This document shows positions 53,803 to 63,650 of a DNA stretch of 64,000 bases, piece by piece. Under the pieces are notes generated by a model that searched no databases, was not told the origin of the DNA, and saw nothing but the letters and a program-made list of their open reading frames with translations. Where the stretch lies: the sequence record LT603033.1, one strand, 5' to 3'. The number at the start of each line of letters is the position of its first letter. The stretch's first letter is position 1. The translations under genes were made by a program, and so were the position numbers.

Positions 53803-54232
53803 AAAAGCAAAAGAACTACATGGATACTTTGAAGATATAAAGGCCGGAAAGTTCAAAGAAGTGTACAAAGCCGAGAACGGTAACTACTACAAAGATGAAA
53901 TGTATAATAACTCCGTTGGTGTAAGGGTTATTCTTGGGTTGAATTCCAATAGTCCTATATCGTTTTCTGAATACAATAGAGATGCAGAATTTATTAGTTA
54001 TGTTGAAAATGGTAGCATTCGTTTTATTAATAGACAAAAACCATTAATTTTGAATTATGAAGTACTGGATGGTCAGTGGGATAGTGAAGAGTATTACTTC
54101 CAAAACAGTACTGTATATGATGATGAAGTACTTGAAGCATTAGTTATTATGTGGTACTTCAAGAGTATTAGCTTCCCTCGATTTTATTTGGATTTCGAAG
54201 ATCTTCGTAAAGATCCAGAAGGTATAGAATGA
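53780..54232 (+). CDS. family C protein (acidic subfamily)
   Basis: GQWDSEEYYFQNSTVYD. Confidence 0.8.
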   Translation: MSLQSALEKAKELHGYFEDIKAGKFKEVYKAENGNYYKDEMYNNSVGVRVILGLNSNSPISFSEYNRDAEFISYVENGSIRFINRQKPLILNYEVLDGQWDSEEYYFQNSTVYDDEVLEALVIMWYFKSISFPRFYLDFEDLRKDPEGIE

Positions 54233-54543
54233 AAAACTTATTCAGTGTTCAGTACGTTCCTGGTGAAATTGGTTTATTGTATCTATTTGACCATGATAAT
54301 TCATTATTACTAGTAGTGAAGAAATGCCAAGCTAGTTCGTTTGTTGAATACATTCACGATAGTGAATACATTCCTGATTTCCTAGAGTGTGATTATCACG
54401 ATGAACATGAATCATTTATTTTTCAGGAATCACTAGTATGGGATAAATCGATCAACTTCTTTACGTTAATTGAATTACAAAAGCAGGTGAAGTATTATTG
54501 GGATTACTTAATTACACAGGATTACATTGAGATTGAAACATAA
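54229..54543 (+). CDS. family C protein
   Basis: HESFIFQESLVWD. Confidence 0.8.
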   Translation: MKNLFSVQYVPGEIGLLYLFDHDNSLLLVVKKCQASSFVEYIHDSEYIPDFLECDYHDEHESFIFQESLVWDKSINFFTLIELQKQVKYYWDYLITQDYIEIET

Positions 54544-54851
54544 TGACAAAAAATGAATTTGATTCACTTTGTACGGTTTATAATTCATTGACAGAAATAC
54601 CTGACTTTATTAATTACGTTTCAGCTTTAAATCAAATTATGAATAGTTTTGAACAATCGTTTGAAGAGAAATATGCAGGTAGAAAAGTTCTATGTCATAT
54701 GTCAATGTACTTGGGAGATGGTGAGCCTTACACTACCAGTACTACATGTGAAATAAAAAAATATAATATATTATTGGGCACGATAGAATTCACAGTATCC
54801 AATGGTGGTAGTTATATGTACTTTAGAGATGGAGTGGTTGAATTATTATGA
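54543..54851 (+). CDS. hypothetical protein
   Basis: TAATG coupling; no family motif. Confidence 0.7.
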   Translation: MTKNEFDSLCTVYNSLTEIPDFINYVSALNQIMNSFEQSFEEKYAGRKVLCHMSMYLGDGEPYTTSTTCEIKKYNILLGTIEFTVSNGGSYMYFRDGVVELL

Positions 54852-55297
54852 GTTACGAAAGTGCAATCAAGAAAGCAAATGATATTCTAAAAGTTGTTCA
54901 GTTCTTCAAAGAAAATCCTGAATACTTAGCTGATGAAAACCATGATCACGATGAGAGATTGAGACGAAAAATTGTCGCTTTATTTGACACTAATGCGGAT
55001 AATTATAGTCTAATTGAGTTAGCATACGATTATATTTCATTGAACCGAAACGGACATTTAGTTAATATAGAAAGACATGCGAGTGAAGAATCTTTTAAAA
55101 TTTCAGACATTTTATCCCTGAGTACTGAAGAAGGGTACTTCCAGGGTAGTACTGTTTATGAACAAGGAACACTTGACAATCTATGCACATTCAGTGTAAT
55201 ATATCAGAAATCAGTACTGGATGTATTTTATCTTGACACTGCTGAACTGGATACACTAATCAATTTTGTTACTACTGAAGAGGCCACATTTGAGTGA
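54848..55297 (+). CDS. family C protein
   Basis: STEEGYFQGSTVYE. Confidence 0.8.
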   Translation: MSYESAIKKANDILKVVQFFKENPEYLADENHDHDERLRRKIVALFDTNADNYSLIELAYDYISLNRNGHLVNIERHASEESFKISDILSLSTEEGYFQGSTVYEQGTLDNLCTFSVIYQKSVLDVFYLDTAELDTLINFVTTEEATFE

Positions 55298-55830
55298 TGA
55301 AAGTTAACATCAATGACTTTGATGCATTACAAGATTTATCAAAAAAGATTCGTATCATCGTACCAGTACTCAAAAAATGTAGTACTGGTTTAATTGATCC
55401 TAGTACTGTTGTTAATGAGAAGTACAATTTTCATCGTGTATTACAGGGTACAGGTGCATTTCAGAAGTGTGATGTACGTGAGAAACACGTAATTGATACA
55501 TCATTGTTTTCTATTGGTGCACCTGTGTCGAATAATTCTATTTTCCTGGATAACGCAGGAAATATTCAACAATTAACATTTAAGAAAAGGAAAAAGAACA
55601 ATAACATTGGTGTATACGCGATGAAGTGGGGTCAACCTGATTTGAAGCGTGAAATTCACATCCCTAAGTACAATTACAATGCATTTGACGAACAGTGTTT
55701 TCAACTATCGTGTACTGACCCTGACTATGCAATCATTCAGTTCTATATGGAATTGCAGATAGCATTTAACAGTAATTTATATATTAACTTGTTGGCGATG
55801 AACATCGATGAAGTATTCAAAAACATTTAA
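55294..55830 (+). CDS. family C protein
   Basis: FDEQCFQLSC. Confidence 0.75.
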   Translation: MMKVNINDFDALQDLSKKIRIIVPVLKKCSTGLIDPSTVVNEKYNFHRVLQGTGAFQKCDVREKHVIDTSLFSIGAPVSNNSIFLDNAGNIQQLTFKKRKKNNNIGVYAMKWGQPDLKREIHIPKYNYNAFDEQCFQLSCTDPDYAIIQFYMELQIAFNSNLYINLLAMNIDEVFKNI

Positions 55831-56026
55831 TCGAATTGAATACATGAGAACTGTGAGTGCAGTGTGGGACATATGGTTCACTACTAAACCAAAAATGGAT
55901 TACCATGACTTTAAGCTCTTGTTCTTCGTTGGCTCTAACAAACAGGATGTTGCAATGAAGGGTTATATTCAGCACTTACAGGAACTAATCCAGAAGAGAA
56001 TATATGAAAATAATAGACCAAAATGA
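55808..56026 (+). CDS. family B protein (dispersed)
   Basis: FFVGSNKQD. Confidence 0.75.
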   Translation: MKYSKTFNRIEYMRTVSAVWDIWFTTKPKMDYHDFKLLFFVGSNKQDVAMKGYIQHLQELIQKRIYENNRPK

Positions 56027-56195
56027 CATTGCTAAACTATTCAATATATATTCTACTAGAATGATGCAAACAGACTCATATAGTACTGAATTCAAAGAGT
56101 TGAAAGTCCTGATGTACTTGGGAACCCAATATCAGGAACAAGTTATTTTGGAATATATTAATTCGCTGAAGAAGGATATCCGTTATGTACGATGA
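56004..56195 (+). CDS. family B protein (dispersed)
   Basis: YLGTQYQE. Confidence 0.8.
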   Translation: MKIIDQNDIAKLFNIYSTRMMQTDSYSTEFKELKVLMYLGTQYQEQVILEYINSLKKDIRYVR

Positions 56196-56745
56196 TTTAG
56201 ATATTGCGTTTGAACGTATGGTAATTTTAATGCAATGTGCAGAAATGCATGAAACAATCCGTCGCACCAAAGGGATTGAATATACAAGTAAACTATTCTC
56301 ATACGAAAGTCGTCGAGGGATGGATCATTTTTACTGCACTGATTGTTCAAAGTTTTCAGTACTGAAATATTATCATCCTACTGTTTCCAATAATAGTTTA
56401 ATATCCACATATGACGGTGATCTGTTTAGTGTAATGTATGACACATTACATCCATCAATTTCAATCTATAAAGATTGCGATAGTAGTTTATCGTATATAA
56501 TTGAAGATTACTTATCTCCTAATACTGAAGAGAATATTTTTCAGAACAGTGTGTTGCATGATGAATTAAGTATAAAATGCATCTATATGTTCAATAAGTT
56601 AAAAGAGTACGCCGATAATAATTACTTAATTGATAAGTTAGCAGTATTGTCTGTTTCCGTTTTTAATACAAATGACATTGATATGAAATACTATAATGAG
56701 ATTTGTAAAGTACATCATATGTATAAGGAATTACTATGTTATTAA
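56185..56745 (+). CDS. family C protein
   Basis: NTEENIFQNSVLHD. Confidence 0.8.
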   Translation: MYDDLDIAFERMVILMQCAEMHETIRRTKGIEYTSKLFSYESRRGMDHFYCTDCSKFSVLKYYHPTVSNNSLISTYDGDLFSVMYDTLHPSISIYKDCDSSLSYIIEDYLSPNTEENIFQNSVLHDELSIKCIYMFNKLKEYADNNYLIDKLAVLSVSVFNTNDIDMKYYNEICKVHHMYKELLCY

Positions 56746-57338
56746 ATGCAAATAAATGTTGTAGTGCAGATGTGCATTTGTTTTTTAAGAAATTAGCAAA
56801 TGATATTATATATATGCAGGAAATGATTTATCACAAACGAGCGGATTTAGAAAAAGCATTAGTACAGTTCTCATTTATGCTTGATGGTGATATATTTCTA
56901 GAGAGTGATGCATTGCGAATAGTATTAGACAAAAATGCTAAAAGATTTTTATTTCATATAGATAATAAATTATGTTCCTCCGTATGTCGTACTTTTTATA
57001 ATCGTGATTCGGACTTATATCAATTCCTTTATTCTAAAGGTGCAGTAGAAGCATCATATGGTGATGGTTATGCCCTAGGAAAGAGTATTCCATTTATGAA
57101 ATCATTTAAAATAGAACACATCAGTACTGATGAAGATGCAATGTTCACAAATGATATAACTATGGGACGTGAAGATGCAATGCGATATATTACAAATTCT
57201 ATGCATACATTCTTTCAACGAACAGAATTTGATAATGTATATATATCAAATGTAAATATTTTCAATGACCTGTGTCAGTACTTGAGAAGTGTTTGTGATT
57301 TTGATGAAAGCTATTGTAAGCTTTATACTGAGGTATAA
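56736..57338 (+). CDS. family C protein (degenerate motif)
   Basis: STDEDAMFTNDI. Confidence 0.7.
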   Translation: MLLNANKCCSADVHLFFKKLANDIIYMQEMIYHKRADLEKALVQFSFMLDGDIFLESDALRIVLDKNAKRFLFHIDNKLCSSVCRTFYNRDSDLYQFLYSKGAVEASYGDGYALGKSIPFMKSFKIEHISTDEDAMFTNDITMGREDAMRYITNSMHTFFQRTEFDNVYISNVNIFNDLCQYLRSVCDFDESYCKLYTEV

Positions 57339-57343
57339 AACAA

Positions 57344-57706
57344 ATGAACACATTAAGTATTACATACTATACAACTAAAAAATTAGTTACTTGTTTAATA
57401 TCATTGAAGACAAACCATGATGATATGTTTGATATGGCTGCATATGAATTAGAATTATCAGAAGATGGCTTCAAGAGCTATGAAGTATATAGCTATGTTC
57501 GTGAAGATGTAATTGACACTACACTAATGCAAGAGGATGAGTTATTCCAAGAAAGTTTAGTATGGGATAATAAGTACGATTGTAACTTTGATTTCTTATG
57601 TTTAATCCAGAAAGAAATGAAAAGAATCTTTGATAATTATCCAGTGAAGAGATTGAGTACTGGACCGGAGCAGTACAGGAGAATTTTATTCCGTTATGAA
57701 GACTGA
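57344..57706 (+). CDS. family C protein
   Basis: MQEDELFQESLVWD. Confidence 0.8.
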   Translation: MNTLSITYYTTKKLVTCLISLKTNHDDMFDMAAYELELSEDGFKSYEVYSYVREDVIDTTLMQEDELFQESLVWDNKYDCNFDFLCLIQKEMKRIFDNYPVKRLSTGPEQYRRILFRYED

Positions 57707-58031
57707 ATTAGTGAAAGTAATGTACGCTACTCATATTAAACTACTACTTGTGAAATTTGATTATAATAAAAAACATAATGATTTCTATACTTTAATTCGT
57801 GATGAAAATACATTCTCCTTGCGATGCAACAATATACCGTTGAAGATAAATGATTTTACTTCACTTGACGAGGGTGAATTATTTCAAGAATCATTAGTTT
57901 TTAATAGTAATATAAAAATTGATATAGAAGTTATTAAAAAATACCAGATTTTATTGAACAAAATTATGAATTGTTATCCATGTGAAATAGGAGGTCATAT
58001 GCAGTTCAAATCAAAAATGTATGAATTATGA
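57696..58031 (+). CDS. family C protein
   Basis: LDEGELFQESLVFN. Confidence 0.8.
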   Translation: MKTELVKVMYATHIKLLLVKFDYNKKHNDFYTLIRDENTFSLRCNNIPLKINDFTSLDEGELFQESLVFNSNIKIDIEVIKKYQILLNKIMNCYPCEIGGHMQFKSKMYEL

Positions 58032-58575
58032 GGTTTATATGTTAGATGAAAAAATGAACAATGGAACACAATATAATCATCTTAAGTTGGATACATTCGA
58101 ATCAGCTATCAGTACAGCACAAGATATAATTGATATTATCAAGTTCATTAAAGAAGATAAGTTCAAATGTTTGAAAATACTAAATCGTTCAATGTACCGT
58201 GATAACAATATTCATGTATCAGTACGTAGACCGAAAGATAAAGAAAGTGGGAGAGATTTCTATAACAACAGTGAGCAGTTCGAATGTGAATATGATCCAG
58301 AATTCAGAGGCGGTTTCATGTGTTACAGTATAAAGGATACCTCACACATTGAGATACGTTCATCGAAAGGTGGCATACGTACATTAGAGTTCATTGATAT
58401 AGTTTTAAATCAGGAATACTACTTTCAACTATCATTATTGTTTCCTGCATACGATTTAGGAGTTCTATTCATGTATAAGTACTTTCATGAGCACTGGAAT
58501 GAAGACTTCTATCTGGACTTAGAAGATTACCAATTAGTTTGGAAAGAAATGGTAGAACTTCGCAATCCCTCTTGA
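58021..58575 (+). CDS. family C protein
   Basis: NQEYYFQLSLLFP. Confidence 0.8.
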   Translation: MNYEVYMLDEKMNNGTQYNHLKLDTFESAISTAQDIIDIIKFIKEDKFKCLKILNRSMYRDNNIHVSVRRPKDKESGRDFYNNSEQFECEYDPEFRGGFMCYSIKDTSHIEIRSSKGGIRTLEFIDIVLNQEYYFQLSLLFPAYDLGVLFMYKYFHEHWNEDFYLDLEDYQLVWKEMVELRNPS

Positions 58576-58601
58576 CACCCACCGATTCTTTGTGATATAA
58601 T
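58572..58601 (+). promoter_or_regulatory. sigma70 promoter, extended -10
   Basis: TTGACA-18-TGaTATAAT. Confidence 0.7.
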
Positions 58602-58634
58602 CCCTTTATATTAATTGTAAAGGGTTATAACACA

Positions 58635-59111
58635 ATGTCCAACGAACTCACATTCACCAATGCACAAAAAATAGCAAAAGACATTATCAGGGTTTATAAA
58701 TTCCTTGCGAATGTTACTGAAGATTTTTCCGTGGGGGAACATAAAGTTATTAAACGAAATGGATACCTTTCATTTATGGATGGGTTACTCTATAGTTCAG
58801 ATGAATCAACTTGTAGCATTAGAGTTCTTGATGAAGTACCAAGTGGTGATTTTATTTCATACCATTTTCCAAGTTCAGATAATTTCAAATACTACAATCA
58901 TCTTCTTATAAATGAAGCATTTAATACGATTGTAATTAACACTGAAGAAGAGTTCTTCCAGTACAGTACTGTGTATCCAGAGAGGATTGTTTTCAGTTCA
59001 GTGATTTACACTGCCCTTAAAAATGAACTAAATTCCGATAGTGATCATTTCTACTTGGACCTGAACAATGTCGATTGTATTATTGAGTACATGGAGAAAA
59101 ATGGTTTATGA
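58635..59111 (+). CDS. family C protein
   Basis: NTEEEFFQYSTVYP. Confidence 0.8.
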   Translation: MSNELTFTNAQKIAKDIIRVYKFLANVTEDFSVGEHKVIKRNGYLSFMDGLLYSSDESTCSIRVLDEVPSGDFISYHFPSSDNFKYYNHLLINEAFNTIVINTEEEFFQYSTVYPERIVFSSVIYTALKNELNSDSDHFYLDLNNVDCIIEYMEKNGL

Positions 59112-59602
59112 TTACTACAGAATATGATTACTATGGTGTTTTAGAATTTACAGAAAATATCTATCGCATTGCAAAGGAGTTCAGAAGTCCTAAGCCTTTT
59201 GGTGGTATGTTTCAATACGATGAGTTCAGTTCATCTAAAGGAAGACTTGCATTTACTAATGTTAGAGGTAATCAAATCTACGCGGAGTACTTTGATGATA
59301 ATGACTTTCATTACAAAACCGAATACATTTCATATTGCCCTGGGTCTGATTTGAAGATTAATATTGATACCTTTAGAGATTCAGTGCTTGTCCCTTATAG
59401 TGAGTTAGTTTTCATGACAGAAGAAATGTACTTTCAAGAGTCTTGTATTCATGATGTAAAAGTACTTAATGCTATGTTATTTTATGGTGCACTACTTCAT
59501 CATTACAAATACAATCAACGATTCTTTTTAGATTTAGTAGTATACTATAAATGTGTGGATTATTTGAATGCAAAATACGACAACAATTCAGTACATGACT
59601 GA
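59108..59602 (+). CDS. family C protein
   Basis: MTEEMYFQESCIHD. Confidence 0.8.
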   Translation: MITTEYDYYGVLEFTENIYRIAKEFRSPKPFGGMFQYDEFSSSKGRLAFTNVRGNQIYAEYFDDNDFHYKTEYISYCPGSDLKINIDTFRDSVLVPYSELVFMTEEMYFQESCIHDVKVLNAMLFYGALLHHYKYNQRFFLDLVVYYKCVDYLNAKYDNNSVHD

Positions 59603-59930
59603 TGGTTCTGAATACTTTGTTTCAAGATATGTAATCACACACAACCATTATGTAACCTATATTCCAGAGTACAATCAATTTTATATTCAGATTTATCAAA
59701 ATAATGGAAAGATAAATGATATATATTCAGAAATAAAAATCCCTGATTATAGTACTTTATCAGAAGAGGAATTGTTTCAGGAGAACACTATAAGTACTGA
59801 AGATGTGTACGAAATAATGGAATACCAGAAGGTACTTAAACATTTTCATGAAACAAATGATATACAAATAGATATTGTTAAACCGTGGTGTTACAATACA
59901 TATGAGGTAAATTATGTTAGAAATGATTAA
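59595..59930 (+). CDS. family C protein
   Basis: LSEEELFQENTI. Confidence 0.8.
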   Translation: MTDGSEYFVSRYVITHNHYVTYIPEYNQFYIQIYQNNGKINDIYSEIKIPDYSTLSEEELFQENTISTEDVYEIMEYQKVLKHFHETNDIQIDIVKPWCYNTYEVNYVRND

Positions 59931-60327
59931 AATTATGCAACGCTGTCTTGTTGATCAACACGGGGTATATGGATATCGTTTAAGTGCTCCTATTGACAAA
60001 AATAAAACAACCTATGTAAGCTATAATGCTGTACAAGGATTTGATATATTCATTAGTACTAATTATCAAATCAAACAAGCTAAAGATGTGTCTATAATGA
60101 CCCCTGATGAGTTATTTCAGTACAGCTTAGTCTTTCCTACATGTATCGATTTACAACGTCTAGGAGCGATACAGAAGGTTTTACGCGAACATAAAGTACA
60201 ACCCAATAAAGTCACACACATTCCAGAAACAATCTTCAAAACCATAGAAGTAGAAACTCCTGATTATATGTTAAGTGATGATGAGTACTACGAGAAACAC
60301 TTCCCTGGTAAAGTTTGGAGAGACTAA
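59914..60327 (+). CDS. family C protein
   Basis: MTPDELFQYSLVFP. Confidence 0.8.
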   Translation: MLEMIKIMQRCLVDQHGVYGYRLSAPIDKNKTTYVSYNAVQGFDIFISTNYQIKQAKDVSIMTPDELFQYSLVFPTCIDLQRLGAIQKVLREHKVQPNKVTHIPETIFKTIEVETPDYMLSDDEYYEKHFPGKVWRD

Positions 60328-60818
60328 TGAACCGAAAGTACAGAGAAACTATGAAGTTCGCTAGGGAGTGTTTAGAAGTGTTTGAGTTCATCAATGCTCA
60401 TAAAGATTTACTCCATAGATACATTGCAATCAGTGAGACAGATGACCATAGGTACATATGTTCTCGAATTCAAGATAAGATATATAAGATTGTGTTCTCG
60501 GAAACATACACAGATACATCTAATTCACTATATGATTTTGCACGTACTGATTACGTTTCATACAAATCTTGGTCTGATAGTATTAAAATTGTGCACAAGC
60601 AAAATACATTTTATTCTTTTCTTACGGACATTTCCGAAGAAAGTTACTTTCAAAACAGTTTAATTTATACAGAAAAAGAACTCAAAATGTTATATATTAT
60701 GTCGTACTTTAAAAAGTACTGCAAATTTAATACATTATCTTTTGAGATTTCTGCAATGAAAGTATTCATTAAAAATGTAAAAGAACTAAAGAGGGCTTTT
60801 AATGTACATAGAAAATGA
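60327..60818 (+). CDS. family C protein
   Basis: ISEESYFQNSLIY. Confidence 0.8.
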   Translation: MNRKYRETMKFARECLEVFEFINAHKDLLHRYIAISETDDHRYICSRIQDKIYKIVFSETYTDTSNSLYDFARTDYVSYKSWSDSIKIVHKQNTFYSFLTDISEESYFQNSLIYTEKELKMLYIMSYFKKYCKFNTLSFEISAMKVFIKNVKELKRAFNVHRK

Positions 60819-61344
60819 GAATGTAAAATGCATTACTGAAATTTGTATAAAATTAATGAAAATTTTCATTAACCCAAAATACAAAAAACGTTCATTACAT
60901 CATAATATTGATGAGCATTGTACCATTAATATACTAGGTAGTATTCTTGATGTAAAATATGATGGTAGAATGTTATTTGGCATAAGAGAAGAGAAAATAG
61001 ATGATGCATTCTTTTCCTGTAAAGATAAATTTGAACCTTCTGATTATAAAGTAATTATTCGTGATGATAGCATCTACATTAGTAGTGATTATTCAAATTA
61101 CTTCGATAAAATATACAATGAAAACGTTGACTACCATTATGAAATGATAGATTTACCAGTAACAGACATTGATATGGAGAGAATCAAATTTTCATTATCA
61201 GATAATGAGTACTTAGGTATACAAACATATTATTCACTACAAGGAAAGATTCCACCTGCTATGTATATAAGGATTGAGATTGGTAATGTATTCAATGATA
61301 AGGTTATATCTATTGCTGATAAAATATTGAGGGTTGAATTATGA
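60802..61344 (+). CDS. family C protein (degenerate motif)
   Basis: DMERIKFSLSD at the equivalent position. Confidence 0.7.
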   Translation: MYIENENVKCITEICIKLMKIFINPKYKKRSLHHNIDEHCTINILGSILDVKYDGRMLFGIREEKIDDAFFSCKDKFEPSDYKVIIRDDSIYISSDYSNYFDKIYNENVDYHYEMIDLPVTDIDMERIKFSLSDNEYLGIQTYYSLQGKIPPAMYIRIEIGNVFNDKVISIADKILRVEL

Positions 61345-61904
61345 ATATCAATGATTACCAATTTCATAGGCTTGAATTTCGTCATTGTGTTGCATTTGCA
61401 AAAACATTGATGTGCATCATTGACACTCTTTCATCCAAACAATTTCGTAAGGATAATGATTTATTTCTGAAAAAAGGTCGTGTAACATCAACCGATATCG
61501 GTATTGAACTATTTGTTGATATCAGTGTTGATACCGGAGACAGTACAAGGGTTGGTTGTATAGGTCATATTGGTACACATTGCTTCACATGGAATCCAAA
61601 TACAAGTCAAGTACGAGTTGATTATAGAAATTCACGTTGGGTTGATCTTAGTACTGAATCAGATTTAGAATCAGCTATGTTCCAGCTAAGTTTAATTCAC
61701 AATCCTAATGAACTTCTTTACATTATTACTTTCAGTTATCTGTTACAAAACTACGATAATCCATCAGGATTTTTCATAGAATCAGATATAGATGAAATTA
61801 TGGAAGAGATTCCCAGTTTAAAGAATATTCTCGAAGAAAAAGATTTCTATGAAGACTTCAGAGATTTATACGACATGCACTTGGAGTTATTTAAGAATGG
61901 ATAA
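61341..61904 (+). CDS. family C protein
   Basis: DLESAMFQLSLIHN. Confidence 0.8.
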   Translation: MNINDYQFHRLEFRHCVAFAKTLMCIIDTLSSKQFRKDNDLFLKKGRVTSTDIGIELFVDISVDTGDSTRVGCIGHIGTHCFTWNPNTSQVRVDYRNSRWVDLSTESDLESAMFQLSLIHNPNELLYIITFSYLLQNYDNPSGFFIESDIDEIMEEIPSLKNILEEKDFYEDFRDLYDMHLELFKNG

Positions 61905-62415
61905 AGATGATATTCTAATTAGACTAATTAATAGTTTAATAAAGTTCTCAAATAATGATGTCGATACATACAAAGTGGGGGATATTGAATTTAAATCATT
62001 TGGTATGTACGGTGAGGATAAAACATATTATGCGTCAATGAAATTTCAAGATTTTCACGAGATGTTAATATCGTTATCATATGAAGATGTTGATCCAAGA
62101 TGGAGTTCCAGTATTTCACTATCGAGAATGGTAATTCGTAGTAAGCATCGTTATATTTCGTCAAAGAATACTCCTAACTTGATTAATATTGTGTTGAATG
62201 AAAATACAAATCCCCTATCTAAACATGATATCGTACCGTTAACCGATGAAGTTCTTTTTCAATTGAGTACCATTTGTGATGAAGATGTGATATCATGTAT
62301 GAAAATTTATGAGAAGGTTGGGAGTGATATTCCCATGAACTATTACCTAACTATAGATGGAACGTACCTTCGAGATGAGGTTCTAGCGTACATTGACAGT
62401 GTTTTACCAAAATAA
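61897..62415 (+). CDS. family C protein
   Basis: LTDEVLFQLSTICD. Confidence 0.8.
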   Translation: MDKDDILIRLINSLIKFSNNDVDTYKVGDIEFKSFGMYGEDKTYYASMKFQDFHEMLISLSYEDVDPRWSSSISLSRMVIRSKHRYISSKNTPNLINIVLNENTNPLSKHDIVPLTDEVLFQLSTICDEDVISCMKIYEKVGSDIPMNYYLTIDGTYLRDEVLAYIDSVLPK

Positions 62416-62436
62416 AGACCCGTATGGGTCTTTTTG
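62415..62436 (+). terminator. Rho-independent terminator
   Basis: AAGACCC-GTAT-GGGTCTT-TTT; followed by promoter TTTACA-17-TATACT at 62447-62475. Confidence 0.8.
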
Positions 62437-62502
62437 TGTTTATGGCTTTACAAGAGCATTCAGGTGTGTTATACTTGATTTTAAATAGAGTTGGAGGAAT
62501 CT

Positions 62503-63069
62503 ATGAGTACTGAATTAATTAAAGAAGTCACATTACTTCTGAAGCATTGTTTTAAGTTCATTCCTGATACTGGCTCACGCCAGTACATTAAAGTTAATGA
62601 GAAATATAACATCAATATCCTTGTATCTGAAACTGCGAGCAGTTATGCTAACATTGAGTTGGATTCTGAAGAAAAATATACAGTATTACAAATCATAGCA
62701 GATGTACAACGTAAACAAGATTATCGTTCTTCATTTTACAACGATTATCTGTGTGTTTGCTCAAACTTCAGTGAGAATAAAATTGTGTATAAGAATTTAT
62801 ACACACATGAAGTGATTGATACATATAATTATAAAATTTCATCTGATGAATACAATGTTCTAATGTTCAACGCAAACCTTTTGTATGATGCCAGTACTGT
62901 ACGCTGTTTAGAGTTAGCATATAAAATTCCAAAGATCATGGAAAGAAAAGATTTGATTCACTTTAAAACTATTTTAAAATACAGTACAAAAGAATTAGAG
63001 GATTTAGTACAGGCTCTTAAGAATTTCATTAATGAACATGTACCTGTTAAATTCGAGGATGCACAATGA
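62503..63069 (+). CDS. family C protein (degenerate motif)
   Basis: GGAGG RBS; NVLMFNANLLYD. Confidence 0.75.
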   Translation: MSTELIKEVTLLLKHCFKFIPDTGSRQYIKVNEKYNINILVSETASSYANIELDSEEKYTVLQIIADVQRKQDYRSSFYNDYLCVCSNFSENKIVYKNLYTHEVIDTYNYKISSDEYNVLMFNANLLYDASTVRCLELAYKIPKIMERKDLIHFKTILKYSTKELEDLVQALKNFINEHVPVKFEDAQ

Positions 63070-63650
63070 ACCATATCAGAACTAAAATTTTGAGACTCAT
63101 GCATGACATTGCAGAACTTTCAGAGATTCATGACATTACGGAAATTGTTGAATTTGATAATTATCGACTGAAAATTGAAAACAAATCCAAACATCGTTTT
63201 GGTTCAGTTCAGTTGGATGTATATAAAACTTATGAATTTTCTAAAAAAATTAAAAGTTCATGGGATACGATTACTATGTACATTCGCACATCCAGAAATC
63301 GTGAACGTATTGGTTCTATTTCTTCTAATATGGTATTTGCGAATGCATTACATGAAAAAATGAATAAAATTGTAGAATCTGATTTCAGTGAAGATGATGG
63401 TTTTATTGGGTTGGATGTTCCACCAGAATTAGACCAAAGTGAAGATATTCGAGATGCATTCATTTTCCAGAAATCATTGTTGGACAATTACAAAGAATTC
63501 GAGTACTTAATGCTTTGTTACGATACTGCAAAAATTCTTGATTGTGGTGAACTAGTTATGTACAATGATTTTATCAATTGCAAGACTGATGTTCTGAATA
63601 CACTACTTCAAAATATAGAATCTGTTAAGGAAAAATATGAACGCTTATAG
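63066..63650 (+). CDS. family C protein
   Basis: RDAFIFQKSLLD. Confidence 0.8.
   Translation: MNHIRTKILRLMHDIAELSEIHDITEIVEFDNYRLKIENKSKHRFGSVQLDVYKTYEFSKKIKSSWDTITMYIRTSRNRERIGSISSNMVFANALHEKMNKIVESDFSEDDGFIGLDVPPELDQSEDIRDAFIFQKSLLDNYKEFEYLMLCYDTAKILDCGELVMYNDFINCKTDVLNTLLQNIESVKEKYERL

Noticed and set aside
16463-63487. Remaining minus-strand and nested ORFs in the track between 16 and 64 kb
   Set aside because: They overlap well-supported + strand genes, lack an RBS and show no family motifs.
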